This document shows positions 39,732 to 51,100 of a stretch of DNA of 64,000 nucleotides, one piece after another. The notes beneath the pieces were generated by a model that saw only the letters and a list, made by a program, of their open reading frames with translations, searched no databases and had not been told where the DNA came from. The DNA comes from Camelus dromedarius. Lineage: Eukaryota. Made by a program: the position numbers and the translations under genes. Every line of letters starts with the position of its first letter. Position 1 is the stretch's first letter. Location: assembly GCF_036321535.1 (NCBI RefSeq), contig NC_087472.1, positions 101,992,001-102,056,000 of the forward strand, read 5' to 3'.

Positions 39732-39732
<1 letters not shown>

Positions 39733-39781
<49 letters not shown>
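39733..39781. repeat. (CA)n microsatellite
   Basis: Perfect AC run of about 24 units. Confidence 0.95.
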
Positions 39782-39783
<2 letters not shown>

Positions 39784-39864
39784 ACCTACTTCTGACAAGC
39801 ACTGATTCCAGTGGGAGATAGATTTAAGCACAATTGGCAGGGTGTACCAAACTTGCACAAACAA

Positions 39865-40940
39865 AATACGCCTTTATTGGTTTATCTAATTTCCATGCAG
39901 TAAAATTTACTCTTTGTGGTATATAGTTGTTTAAGTTTGAACAAATGCATACGGCTGTGTAACCACCATTACTATTAAGACACAGAAGGGTTCTATCACA
40001 CCAAAAAATTCCCTCAAGGCGCCCTTTGTAATCAACCCCTTCTCCCAACTCAACTCCAAATGTTTTCCTAGAAGCTTTATAGATTTTTAGGTTATATATT
40101 TGTATATATGTTCCCTTTCGAGTTAATTTCACTTTAAGTTGTGAAGTTGTGTCATTTCATCTTTTTGCATATGGATATCCAATTGTTCTAGTACCATTTA
40201 TTGAAAAGACTATCTTTTCTCCATTCATTTGTCTCTGCAACTCTGATAAAAATCAACTGACTATATTTGAGTCAATTAATTTCTGGACTCTGTTTTATTC
40301 CATTGTCCTATATTTCTGTCCTTTCACCAATACTGCAGTGTCTTGATTAATGTGGCTTTATAGTAAGTCTTGAAGTCATGGAATGAGTCCACTGGCTTTG
40401 TTCTTATTCAAAATTGTTCTGTCTAGTCCAATCCATTTGCCTTTCCATGTAAATTTTAGAATTAGCTTATCAATATCAACCAAAAAATCATGCTGGAATT
40501 TTCATTAGGATGGCATTGAATCTATAGATCAATTTATGGAGAATTGGCATCTAAACAATATTGAATCTTCTGATCCATGAACATAATATCTCTTTCCATT
40601 TATTTAGATCTTCTTTGATTTATTTCTTCAGTGCATTATAGCTTTCAGCATACAGATCCTACAATGCTTTGTTAGACTTACACTTAAATGTTTCACCTTT
40701 TTTGTTGCTGATGTAAATAGCACAGGTTTTAAATTGTGATTTCCAACTGTTTATTTTTAATATAATCAATTATAATATTTAATATAATCAATAATATAAT
40801 CATTTGCCTTAGATCCTGTGACCTTACTAAACTTACTTATTAGTTCTAAGAGCTTTTTCGTAGATTATTTGGTATTTTCTACATAGACAGTGATGTCTTC
40901 TGTAAATAGAAATAGGTTTATTTCTTCCTTTCCAAATTTA
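39865..40940 (-). mobile_element. Old L1M fragments (3' end plus ORF2)
   Basis: catatggatatccaattgttctagtaccatttattgaaaagact...gcattgaatctatagatcaattt. Confidence 0.85.
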
Positions 40941-41087
40941 GAAGCGTTTTACATATGCACTGTAAGGTCAATACCGTGCCTAGTTCAAATTTTTCCCTTC
41001 CAAAAACCAAACATTGCAGTTCTTAAAATGTTGCCTATCTCTCATACTGCAAACTAATAACTAAAACTGGGGACCACTAAACTCTAG

Positions 41088-41470
41088 CAGTCAGGTTAGG
41101 TTTTGCTGTAGTAACAAATAGCCCTGATATCTAAACAACAAATATCTCTTACAACAAAAAAGTTGTAAAACCTTGTCCATGGTGTATATCCATTATCGGC
41201 TGACAGGAGGCCTCTGCCCTTCATGGCCTCTCACAGTCTTAAATGTTGCCTGTGACTGTGCCAGAGCAAAGGAGAATTTCAGAAAATATTTTACAGAAGG
41301 TTCACCGGTTAGCCCACAAGTGACTCACATACATTCTGCTCACAATTCATTGACCAGAATAAGTCACAATGACCCCACTCCACCACCAGGGAGCGAGGTA
41401 ATGCCTTTCTGCCACATGCCTGCAAGTGGAGCCAGAAATACTTGGTGAAGAGCACTAATGACTATCAAGG
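41088..41470 (-). mobile_element. MaLR LTR (MLT1 family)
   Basis: gcagtcaggttaggttttgctgtagtaacaaa...ctgctcacaattcattgaccagaataagtcaca...aatacttggtgaagagcactaatgacta. Confidence 0.7.
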
Positions 41471-41704
41471 CATATGCACACCTACACACACACAAACAGA
41501 AGGGAAGATGAGCCATAAAAATCATTCTAATGCAAGCTAGAAAGTGGTATGTTCCTTTTGAGAGGTATAGAGAAAGTGCACGTTGAATTAAGGGGAGGTT
41601 TCTCTTGCTTGAACTCAGGCAAGGCCCCAGGCACCAGGAATCTCTAAAACTAAGCCTTGAAAGATGTTAGAAATTGGATGTTCAATATGTTTCCATTTCA
41701 TAAC

Positions 41705-41945
41705 ATAGTATAATAAAAGCAGGGGTTCTGGAGCCAGAGTGTCCAGGTTCAAATCCCAGATCTGCTCAATACTAGCTATGTGACCTTGGATAAGCCACTT
41801 AACTTCTCTGTGCCTCAGTTTCCTCATCTATAAAATGAGGCAACTAATAGTGCCTGCTGCATAGGTTGCTGAGAGGATTAAATGAGTTCATATTTGTAAA
41901 GCTCTAGAACTAGAACAGTGCCTGGCACATGAGTACTGTAAATGG
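41705..41945 (+). mobile_element. MIR SINE (well preserved)
   Basis: tctggagccagag...ctagctatgtgaccttggataagccacttaacttctctgtgcctcagtttcctcatctataaaatg. Confidence 0.92.
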
Positions 41946-42626
41946 AAGCATGTGCACGCACACAGCACACACAGACATCTTCAACCAGTTTTAAATCTGT
42001 GAGATTGTTTAATACAGAGACTTCATAAGAAAAAAAAAGAAAATTAGTCATCTGTGGTGAAATTTATCCTTGGTTCCCTGAACAAGGGCTGCAAACTGAC
42101 GAAGCATCCGTTCACTGCCTCCCTGACCCAGAAGTCCTGAGCAGGGCTCCTCCTTTCACTCACAGTCACCAACTCAGATCAGATTTCTCAGGTGTAAGTC
42201 AGCATTTTTCCTTCCCTGTCCAGAGCTATGCCAGCTGAGCCTTTCCTAGATTTTCCTCTCCATCTTTGGAGACCAAAACTCTGTCTAGGAAAGTCTTTTC
42301 ACCAAGCTATGTGGAAATAAACGTTCATGTATCACCTGCCTGGGGATGTCTGTGAGTCCAAAGGTGGAACAGAGTGCCACAGGACAATAAGGGATTTGGC
42401 CAAAGACACTTCCAGGAAAAAGATGGAATCAGCACTTGGAGACCTCCGTATTTCTCTGAAGATGAGTAACTAAAGAAATATTTCTACTGTAAATAGGAAA
42501 ACAATAAGCCTCATAAGCAGAGTAATAATGAAACCTTTCATTGGTTTAGGTTATCTTAGTGAATAAAGCTCTTTTAGGTACATTCCCATATTTGACTCCC
42601 ATAACAACTCTGAAAGGGCAGATATT

Positions 42627-42729
42627 AACTACTATATATAAAATAGACAAACATCAAGGTCCTACTGTATAGTACAGGGAACTATACTCAGTATCTTGTA
42701 ATAAACTATAATAAAGAATCTGAAAAAGA

Positions 42730-42760
<31 letters not shown>

Positions 42761-42790
42761 AATAACTGAATCACTTTGCTGTATACCAGA
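42627..42790 (+). mobile_element. L1 3'UTR fragment lacking its normal terminus
   Basis: aactactatatataaaatagac...aaggtcctactgtatagtacagggaactata...ctgaatcactttgctgtataccagaaa. Confidence 0.85.
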
Positions 42791-43101
42791 AAACAAGAAT
42801 CAACAGAATGTAGTAAATCCAATCATAAAGGACCGTCAAATGTGCTTACACATATTCAAGAAATCAATCATATAAGTTATAAATAATTAGTTCATTTGTG
42901 TCTTTTTTTAGATTCCACATATAAGCGATACCATATGGCATTTTTCTTTCTCCTTCTGGCTTACTTTAATAACTATGTAAGTTTAAAAAGCTAGAGCTCT
43001 AAAGTGTTGTTAGAAACAATGAACAGTACATACATGTAAATTTTAAATGGTTTTATCAATGAGTTGCTCTTCCTAGAATAAACTTTACCCAAAAAACAAA
43101 A
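42785..43101 (+). mobile_element. Twin-primed (5'-inverted) L1 with atypical 3' tail, copy A
   Basis: Inverted 42785-42967 (includes the ORF2 end), forward 42968-43090, AATAAA 43077, short A tail. Confidence 0.7.
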
Positions 43102-45599
43102 CTCTATAAAGAATGCAGATGTGGAGTTTAGCAGTCATCTTTCACAGATGAGGAAACAGACTCAGAAAAACAAGAAGAGATTTGCCCATGACACTGCAGC
43201 TCATGAGAACCAAGAGGAGAAACCTGAACTCAAGAGCTCCTTCTCACCGTTACCTCTAAGGCCCTGTTTCCAAAAAGATGGAGAAGGCACACCACAAGTG
43301 GGGTGCAAAATTTCATTTTGTACTTGATATATTGATTAGCAAAATGTAAAAACAAAACAAACTATAGATTGGAAGCTTCCCTTTTCAAGGAACTTGTTTT
43401 GTTTAAAACATGAGTCAATTTAAAGAAAATCTTAAGCAAGCAACAGTACAGCTGGCACGTGGATATGGGAAAAATGGTGAAAACGACCCTGAAAGGAGCA
43501 AAGGGTGGAAACCCTGCTGTAAGGAGGCTGGAAAGAACGGTCACCTCACTGTCACTCAAGAGCAAGGTGACCTTGTACTAGCCATGCCCTCTCTGAGCAT
43601 CAGTCCTACGCTGTGACGAATGAGGGGGTTGACAGTCATTCCTGGAGCTTCTCCAGCTGGAATCGTCTGAGATGGAAGCTGGGTGTTATGTCCACAAGTG
43701 TGACGGCTGGGCTGCTCTGGGCTCCCTCTGCCATCAGCTAGCATCTGCCTGAAAGAAAGCTGACAGGAGGCGGCTCGATCCATGTGCATTCCTCCACATC
43801 AGCTGCTCCAGAGCTTTTCTCAGGAGCTTCCAAGGGAGGCCTGTTCAGCAGCCTGGATTCTAAAGTCTCCTTCCCCCTCACTGGCTGAGCACCCCAGGCC
43901 CCACCTACAGCCTGGGAGGGGAGGCCCTTCTGGACAGGGAGGGGAGAGTGGGTTTCCTCAGATCCATCCTCCGGTAAAGAAGGAGCAAAAGGGAAGCCTT
44001 GTTAAGGATTCCATCAGGGAGGGGACCGAGGGCAGCAAGAGGAATGGAATTCATGCCAGGCCCACTCTGAGTGGGATCAGGGTCAGTGGGAAGGTTTTTT
44101 TCACAAAGAGCCAGGATCCCCTGTGAATGTGTCTTGAAGGTACTTATGGGTGGATGGGTGGCAGCTCTCCTACCACTGAACCCGATCAGGGCCCAGAACA
44201 AGAAGATACAGGAGGGTCACCATCAGCTCATGAAATCAGGAAGAAACCCAGGGTCACCCTGACCTGCCTTGTGACCTTGCCTTGTGCAAGAACTTAATCT
44301 TTCTGTGCCTCAGTTTCCCTATCTGCAAGATGGGCATAATTAACTGTAACTATCTCCCAAGGCCATCGTAGGGATTAAGTAAAATAATATGTGTAAAGCC
44401 TGGCACATGGTAGGAATAAATGCCACCGTTCATGTTTAGCCCTGAGAAACTGAGATGGAGCTGCCAGGATGCCGTTCCAGCTTGGAGTTAGACAAACATG
44501 GGTTGAAATCCTGGCTTGGCCACTAATTAGTCCTGTAACTTTGGGCTGCAGTTTCCACTGATAAAAAATGGTGATACTAACAGTACTCCCTTCAAGAGAG
44601 GGCTGTCGTCAAGATTCAGCTGCATGACGGCACAAAGCACGCAGCAGAATGCCTGCATGTTCGAATTGCTCGATAAATGATAGTTGTGATCGACGTGGAG
44701 CCGCGCATCCCAAATCCTCCATCTGGGAAAGCCTAGCTGCCCCAGTTGCGGGGAGTGCAGCCAGCAGACCGGGCCACACCGCCAGGCCTGCGTGTCCCTA
44801 CTAAGTTCTCTGAAGGCAGAACCTCCCACTTCTTTGGTGTCCCCAGGATATGCAGCACAGCGCTGCGTATATAGCAGGGCAGCCCTAAATATTTATGGAG
44901 GGGCAGACTCATTTAACCACTTACTTCTGAAACTCGGGATGCATTTCAAGGGAGTCTCCTTTGAAACCTTTCAGATGAGACGAGGGGAAACTCCACGGAG
45001 CCTAACTCCAAGTCCACAGCAGGGACCAAGTTGCCCCTGCCAGCATCTCTCACCAACTTAGGAGGTTTCTTTTTTTTTCTTTTTCTTTTTTAAGATAGGC
45101 TACTGAGCATGCACTTTGGGGGATCCAATTTAGTTCTCATCCAAATGCCTCCACTCTCTCCCCAGGCATGGCTGCCAGGGAGGACACTCATTTTGCACTG
45201 ACCTCGTTTCCAGTTGAGTCTCCCTGTTAAAGTAGTAGTCTTGGCAGACGTGCCCTTTTGAGAAGATTTTTATCTTACAGAAACTTGACAGATTTTTTGG
45301 CCTCACTCTTTAATTTGAAGTTTCTCATATTACCCCCTCCCCTCCTGACATCCCAGCTGGAGTAATTTTTCTCTAAAGCGACTTTCTCAGTTGGTGGTTG
45401 CATTCCTGAGTGGGTTAATGGGAAAGGCAGAATTGCCACATCTTGAAAAACTTAAGCCAAAGGGAAGACTGAATATGGGACTGACCAGAAGGGAACACAG
45501 GCCTGGGCTTTTGAGCAGGACTTTCCAAACACCAGTTCATGGAGCAGGGCCAAGGCCCCACGCCCATGGAGCTGCGATCCAGGGGGAACGTGGTCACAG

Positions 45600-46085
45600 G
45601 AATCAAGGCTGCCATCCTGTGCAACTCCCCTCGTCAAGAGGTGGAGGCCCATTTCCACAGCCCTTGAACCCAGATTGGCCTTATGACTTGCTTCACCAGT
45701 GGAAAGCAACAGAAGTGATACTGTATCAATTCCTGACTCAGACCTCAAGAAGCCCTGAAACGTCCACACTCCAGCTCCTGGAATGCTACAACTGCTGTGC
45801 GAACATGCCTGGGCTAACCTGCCAATAGGATGAGAGAGCACGTGGAGAAGGGTCCAGTGACCCTGCCCTCCCACCAAAGGCCCTTATAAACCAGCCAGCC
45901 CCTGCTGACCCAGCAGCAGCATGAGAGGCCTGGCCCAAACCAGCCAAGCCCCGCTCAAGCAAAAGAATGACCTGGCTGAGCTTAGACCAGAATGGCATCC
46001 TAGAAACTCATGAGCAATTAAATAAGTGATGATTCACATTACTAAGTTTTGGGGTAGTTTGTTCCATATTAAAATAGCTAAAGGG
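45600..46085 (+). mobile_element. MaLR LTR (MLT1 family)
   Basis: tcaagaggtggaggcccatttccacagcccttgaac...actaagttttggggtagtttgtt. Confidence 0.8.
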
Positions 46086-46119
46086 AGAGACAGAAAGCCA
46101 GCAAGGAAACAAAAGATGA

Positions 46120-46640
46120 AGATGTAACACAGATGTGACATGTACAATAAAGGAAACAGAGTCAAGTAATGGATCAAGACTATGGGTGACAAATTTGGAA
46201 AAAGTAGTCAAGGGAGGACCTCTCTAAAGAGGTGAAATTTTTGCTAAGACCCAAATGAGGGGAAGGAGCCAGTGAGGTGAAGGGCTGAGGGCAGAGGAAA
46301 GTGCCAGCACAGCTTCTAAGGTATGCTTTCAAGAAAGAGAACAAAGGCCAGTGTGGCTGGAGCCTGGGGAAGGAGGGAGAACGGGCCCAGAAGTCATCAG
46401 AGAGGTGGGCAGAGGGCAGCAAGAAGCCACCAGAGGATTTTAAACAGAAGAGAGACATTATCTGAGTCCCACCTTTGAAAGGTCACTCTGGCTGCAGTGT
46501 GAGTGTGGACGACAGCTCGTAGGGTATCAAGAGTAGAAGGCTCTTACAAGGTCCAGGCAAGAGAGGTGCTGGCTTAGACGAGGAAGGTATCAGTGGTGGC
46601 TGGAGGAAGGGGTCAGATTCTCAAACTGTTTTGGAGAGAA
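46120..46640 (-). mobile_element. LINE-2 fragment
   Basis: gtcaagggaggacctctctaaagaggtgaaattt...ggccagtgtggctggag...ttgaaaggtcactctggctgc. Confidence 0.85.
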
Positions 46641-46969
46641 AGCATCCTTACTGCACATATGCTGGCTTGAAACCAAAGTTTGTTATTTGATCCATATGTC
46701 TAATAAAGTTTAGGTCACTAGTATTGCTTTACTCTTCATATGCTTATTCCAAAACTTTTATTGAGTTTTTAGCAAGTGTTTAATTTACTCATATTTTATA
46801 CTGGTTTTTATTGTTAATAGGTGCATGAGGTTCTCCCTATATTTACAGTGGATAAAACATAAATCCAACATTTGGTTGGAAATAGAATAGAGTATGTGGT
46901 TCACAATTGTTACATTCACAATTTTGTGAATAGGATTAAATTTTTTCTATTTAGAAATCATTTTGAACA

Positions 46970-47097
46970 CTTTTGTTTGCTTTAGGGGGTAAGTAACTAG
47001 GTTTATTTATTATTTTTAATGGCAATATTGGGGATTGAACCCAGAAACACGTGCATGCTAAGCACAGACTCCACCACCAAGCTATATCCTCCCCTCC
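46970..47097 (-). mobile_element. Camelid tRNA-derived SINE (Vic-1-like) with 12-bp TSD
   Basis: Reverse of ggggaggatatagcttggtggtggag...cttagcatgcacg...tgggttcaatcccc (A/B boxes); TSD tcattttgaaca at 46958-46969 and 47098-47109. Confidence 0.85.
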
Positions 47098-47341
47098 TCA
47101 TTTTGAACATTTCAAACCAGAGTCCCCATTATCATCTCCCAAGATATCAACATTTGCTTATAAACCATTTACTTAAAATGCTAGTTTTCTTAGAAGTCAC
47201 TTTGGAAACATTTGTTTAACAATTACTGAGAAACAGTATAGTTTGGTGATTAAAATTATGGACTCTCGAGCCAGTCCACCAGGTCCAAATTCTAACTCTG
47301 CCATTTATTACTTGTGTGATCTTGGGCATGTTTTAAAAAGT

Positions 47342-47617
47342 AAGGTAACAAATTGCTGTTAATAGTAGGGTGTATGTATCTTTTTGAATTGATTCTTATT
47401 TTGTGGTTGGCTTTATTCCTTTGATAACTCTAAGTTTAAAAAGCTAAAGCTCTAAACGTTCTCAGAAACAATGAACAGTACATATATGTAAATTAAAAAA
47501 ATATGTGCAATATGTTGTGTATACGTATTTACATGCAATATGTTGTATATGTGCAGGAAAATTGTAATAATTCTACCTAATAAAGCTGAAAAATGAAAAA
47601 AAAAAAGGTAACAATTG
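47342..47617 (+). mobile_element. Twin-primed L1 with atypical 3' tail, copy B, inserted in a MIR
   Basis: TSD aaggtaacaa(a)ttg 47342-47355 / 47605-47617; inverted ORF2 piece 47354-47390; AATAAA 47579; A tail 47596-47606. Confidence 0.8.
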
Positions 47618-49004
47618 TATTTCCCATATGGTGGTATTGTGATGATTAAATTACTGAATACACAGAAAGGGCTTAGAACAGGCCCCGTACATAGTAGGTG
47701 CTAAGCATTAGCTATTATTATTTAATGTTGAACACCTTTAGAATGCCAGCCTACAATGAGGGCGGCATACTTTGATACAAAGAAGAATTGAATGGGAGAA
47801 GAGTGAGGGGGAAACCTGGCAGTATTGAGGATGTGAGAGGTAGAGAAAGAGTAAATTTTGGTGCATCACTGAGAGACAGGATGGTTAAGAAGAATGGTTC
47901 TGCGGCCAGATTGCATGGATAACAATTCTGGCGCACTGCTGCTTACCTATTTGTGATCTTGAGATGTGATAATTCATGTAAAACACTTATAAAGTTCCTG
48001 GCACAGTCAAGGATCAATGAATCATCATTGTCACCATCATCTGTGTGGAGGTTACTGAGGGGAAGAGGTAGGCCAGAGGATTTTGATGAAGTTTTGTAAC
48101 ATTTCACTTGCCCCCAATTCCCTTTTGACATTTCCTGGAGAAAGATAGAACAAAAGCCTGAAGTATTAATTTCTTTTTTGTCTGGACTGTGTTTCTTCAA
48201 ATGGGATGTCAGCCAAGATAGGATACGTGGAGCAGGGTTTATGTTGGGGTTACTCACACAAAATGATGCTCTAATCTCACTGCAAGGTAGATGCTGCCAT
48301 TCTTCCTTTACAGGTGAGAAAACAGAAGTCCAGAAGGGTTAGGAGGCTTGCTCTGGGTCACTTAGTGTGTAGCAGATGCAGCATTCAAAACTAGATCTGT
48401 CAGAGTTCAAGTTCCATGCCCGCCCTTCCTTCCTTAAATTTAATGAGAAAGTTTATTTTCCTTTATTACATTCCTTTTATTTCAAAGACAAGATGGGCTC
48501 ATTGTAATCCAAAGATGTAGGAAGTTAATATTTTCACACCAAGACCCTCTCTCCTCAGTATCACCACTATGACCATGGTCTCTGCCTGCCCCATGCCCAA
48601 CCTGCTAAAGTTACCAATGTTATCAACAAGGTGTGTATCTTTTTACACATTTCTCCATACTCCTATAAACATATGGACACATGTATAGATGGGGTTAACT
48701 GCTATTAATTTTTACACAAATTGGATATTATAAATTAATCTGCAAATTGCTTCTCTTAACATCACAGACATCTTTCTAAGGCAATTAATTTAGATCTAAT
48801 TAATTCTTTGTAATAACTACACAGTCTACGCTGTGGATATGACACACAATTTATGCAACCATTTCTCTGTTGACAGGTATTCTGGCTGCTTCAAGGGTTT
48901 TTTCCCCTATAGTCAAGACACAAGTACATCTTTACAGACCTATTTATGTATCAATGATTGTGTACCTACAGGATATATTCTGAACTTCTGGGTCCCAAAT
49001 GTTG

Positions 49005-49570
49005 AAATTACCTATCACTGTGCAACAAACCACCCCAAAACCTAATGGCTTTAAAAAATAACCATAATTTCTTTTTGACCTCAAATCATCTTCCATTCAG
49101 TAAGGAGTCAGCAGGGATGGATCACCCCTGTTCTCAGTGGCATCAGTCGGGTCAGCTCAAATTGGGGCTGGAAGATCCACTTTCAAGAAGGCTCATTCAC
49201 ATGGTTAGTAAGCTGGTGTCAGCTGTGGATTAGGAGATCAGTCAGGACTGTGCGTCAGGGGCCTGGACTCCTCTCCACTTAGGCCACTCCACAGGCTGCT
49301 TGGGCTCCCTCACAGGATGGTGGCTTGGTTATAAGCATGATTGTCTCAAAAGAGCCAGGCAGAAATGGCATCATCTTTTTATAACCTAATCTCAGAAGTC
49401 ATGCAGTATTACTTTTACTACATTCTATTTGCATAGTGACAAATCCACCCAGATCCAAGGGGAGGGGAATTAGACTCTACCTTCTGACGTGGAGGGCAAG
49501 GTTTTGGAAGAGCACGTGGGATGGAAGATATTGCTGCAGCCATCTTTGAAAAATACATCCCTACCAGATA
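49005..49570 (-). mobile_element. MaLR LTR (MLT1 family)
   Basis: gcaacaaaccaccccaaaacctaatggctttaaa...ggggctggaagatccactttcaag...ttgctgcagccatctttgaaaaatac. Confidence 0.85.
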
Positions 49571-50062
49571 AAGATCACATAACTACTAAATAATGGAACT
49601 AAGACACAAGCCTTGGTCTGTTTTTCATTCCATAGTGGGACATTGTGTTTCAGTGGCATTTAGTTGGAGTCATCTCCTGAGGGTTGAATTTGGAGTATGC
49701 AAACCAAATCAAGGAAAGACTGAATGCAGGGACCAACCATGCACTAAACCTTACGGAAATAACCTACTAGGATTATCCAATGACTTCAAAAGCCCATTTG
49801 CAGTGAAATGCCTTTTTGCCCATAGCATAACAAGGTTAAGGACAAGGTAGCTAGAGACCCACACGGACTTCCTAATGGCCTTGGCAACCAAGCCCCTTCC
49901 AAAGGATGTCAGTCTAGCACTGCTGCTCCCATTCATCATTTACCACTTATCCCAGAGGAGAGTTATGATTCAACCTCAGTACATTCATACTATCATCAGC
50001 AAAAAAGTAAAACAACTCAGTTCTGCTTTTTGTTGTTTTTCTTCTTTTTGCATTTTTGACAG

Positions 50063-50168
50063 AGTAGAGCAATTCAACCAGGAGACTAGAAGAACAAAAG
50101 GTCAGCTGAAGCAGGAAACCTACTACCACACAAAGGACAAGGTTACACAGTCAGACAAAGCCCCAAAG
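50063..50168 (+). other. Candidate internal exon (106 nt) of an unidentified transcript
   Basis: ~38-nt U-rich tract ending ttttgacAG; donor AAG|GTAAGC; one open frame VEQFNQETRRTKGQLKQETYYHTKDKVTQSDKAPK. Confidence 0.4.
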
Positions 50169-50176
50169 GTAAGCGT

Positions 50177-50938
50177 GTAATTGTAAATATACATGCACCT
50201 AACATATGAGCAGCTAAATACATAAGGCAAACGTTAACAAACATAAAAGGAGACATTGACAGTAACACAATAATAGTAGGTGACTTTTAAACACCCCACT
50301 TACATCCATGGACAGACCATCCACACAGAAAATCAATAAAGAAACACAGGCCTCAAGTAACACGTTAGACCAAATGGAGTTGATATATATAGAGCAGTCC
50401 ATCCAAAGCAGCAGACTGCATATTCTTTTTAAGTACATATGGAACAAGCTCCAGGATAGATCGCATGCTGGGCCACAAAATAAGCCTCAGTAAATTTAAG
50501 AAAACTGAAACCTTATCCAGCATCTCTTCCAACCACAATGCTGAGATGAGAAATCAGTTACAAGAAAAAAAAAACTGCAAAAAACCCCACAAACATGTGG
50601 AGGTTAATGATATGCTACGAAACAACCCATGAATCACTGAATAAATCAAAGAAGAAATCAAAAAATACCTAGAGACAAATGAAAACAAAAACACGATGAT
50701 GATCCAAAATCTATGGGATGCAACAAAAGCAGTTCTAAGAGGGAAGCTTACAGTGATACACACCTCAGGAAACAAGAAAAATCTCAAATAAACAACCTAA
50801 GCTTACACCTAAAGCAACTAGAGAAAGAAGAACAAACAAAATCCAGTTAGTACAGAAAAAGAAATCAAAGATTAGAGCAGAAATAAATTGAATAGAGAGT
50901 AAAAAAAATAATCAATGAAACTAAAAGCTGGTTCTTTT
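50177..50938 (+). mobile_element. Internal LINE-1 ORF2 (endonuclease/linker) fragment, truncated at both ends
   Basis: MDRPSTQKINKETQASSNTLDQMELI; sequence continues to gaaactaaaagctggttcttt. Confidence 0.9.
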
Positions 50939-50984
50939 TTTAGACTCCACATATGAGTGATATCAATGTTTCTGGAATGAATGA

Positions 50985-51100
50985 GAGCCAGGTGTGCTGA
51001 GGACCAGCAGGATCGGCATCACCTGGGAGCTTGTCAGAGATGCAGAATCTCAGGCCCCACCCCCAGGTGATTCCCACACACAGTGATGTCTGAGCACTGC
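50985..51100. mobile_element. MER5A-like MITE
   Basis: atcggcatcacctgggagcttgtcagagatgcagaatctcaggccccacccc. Confidence 0.85.
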
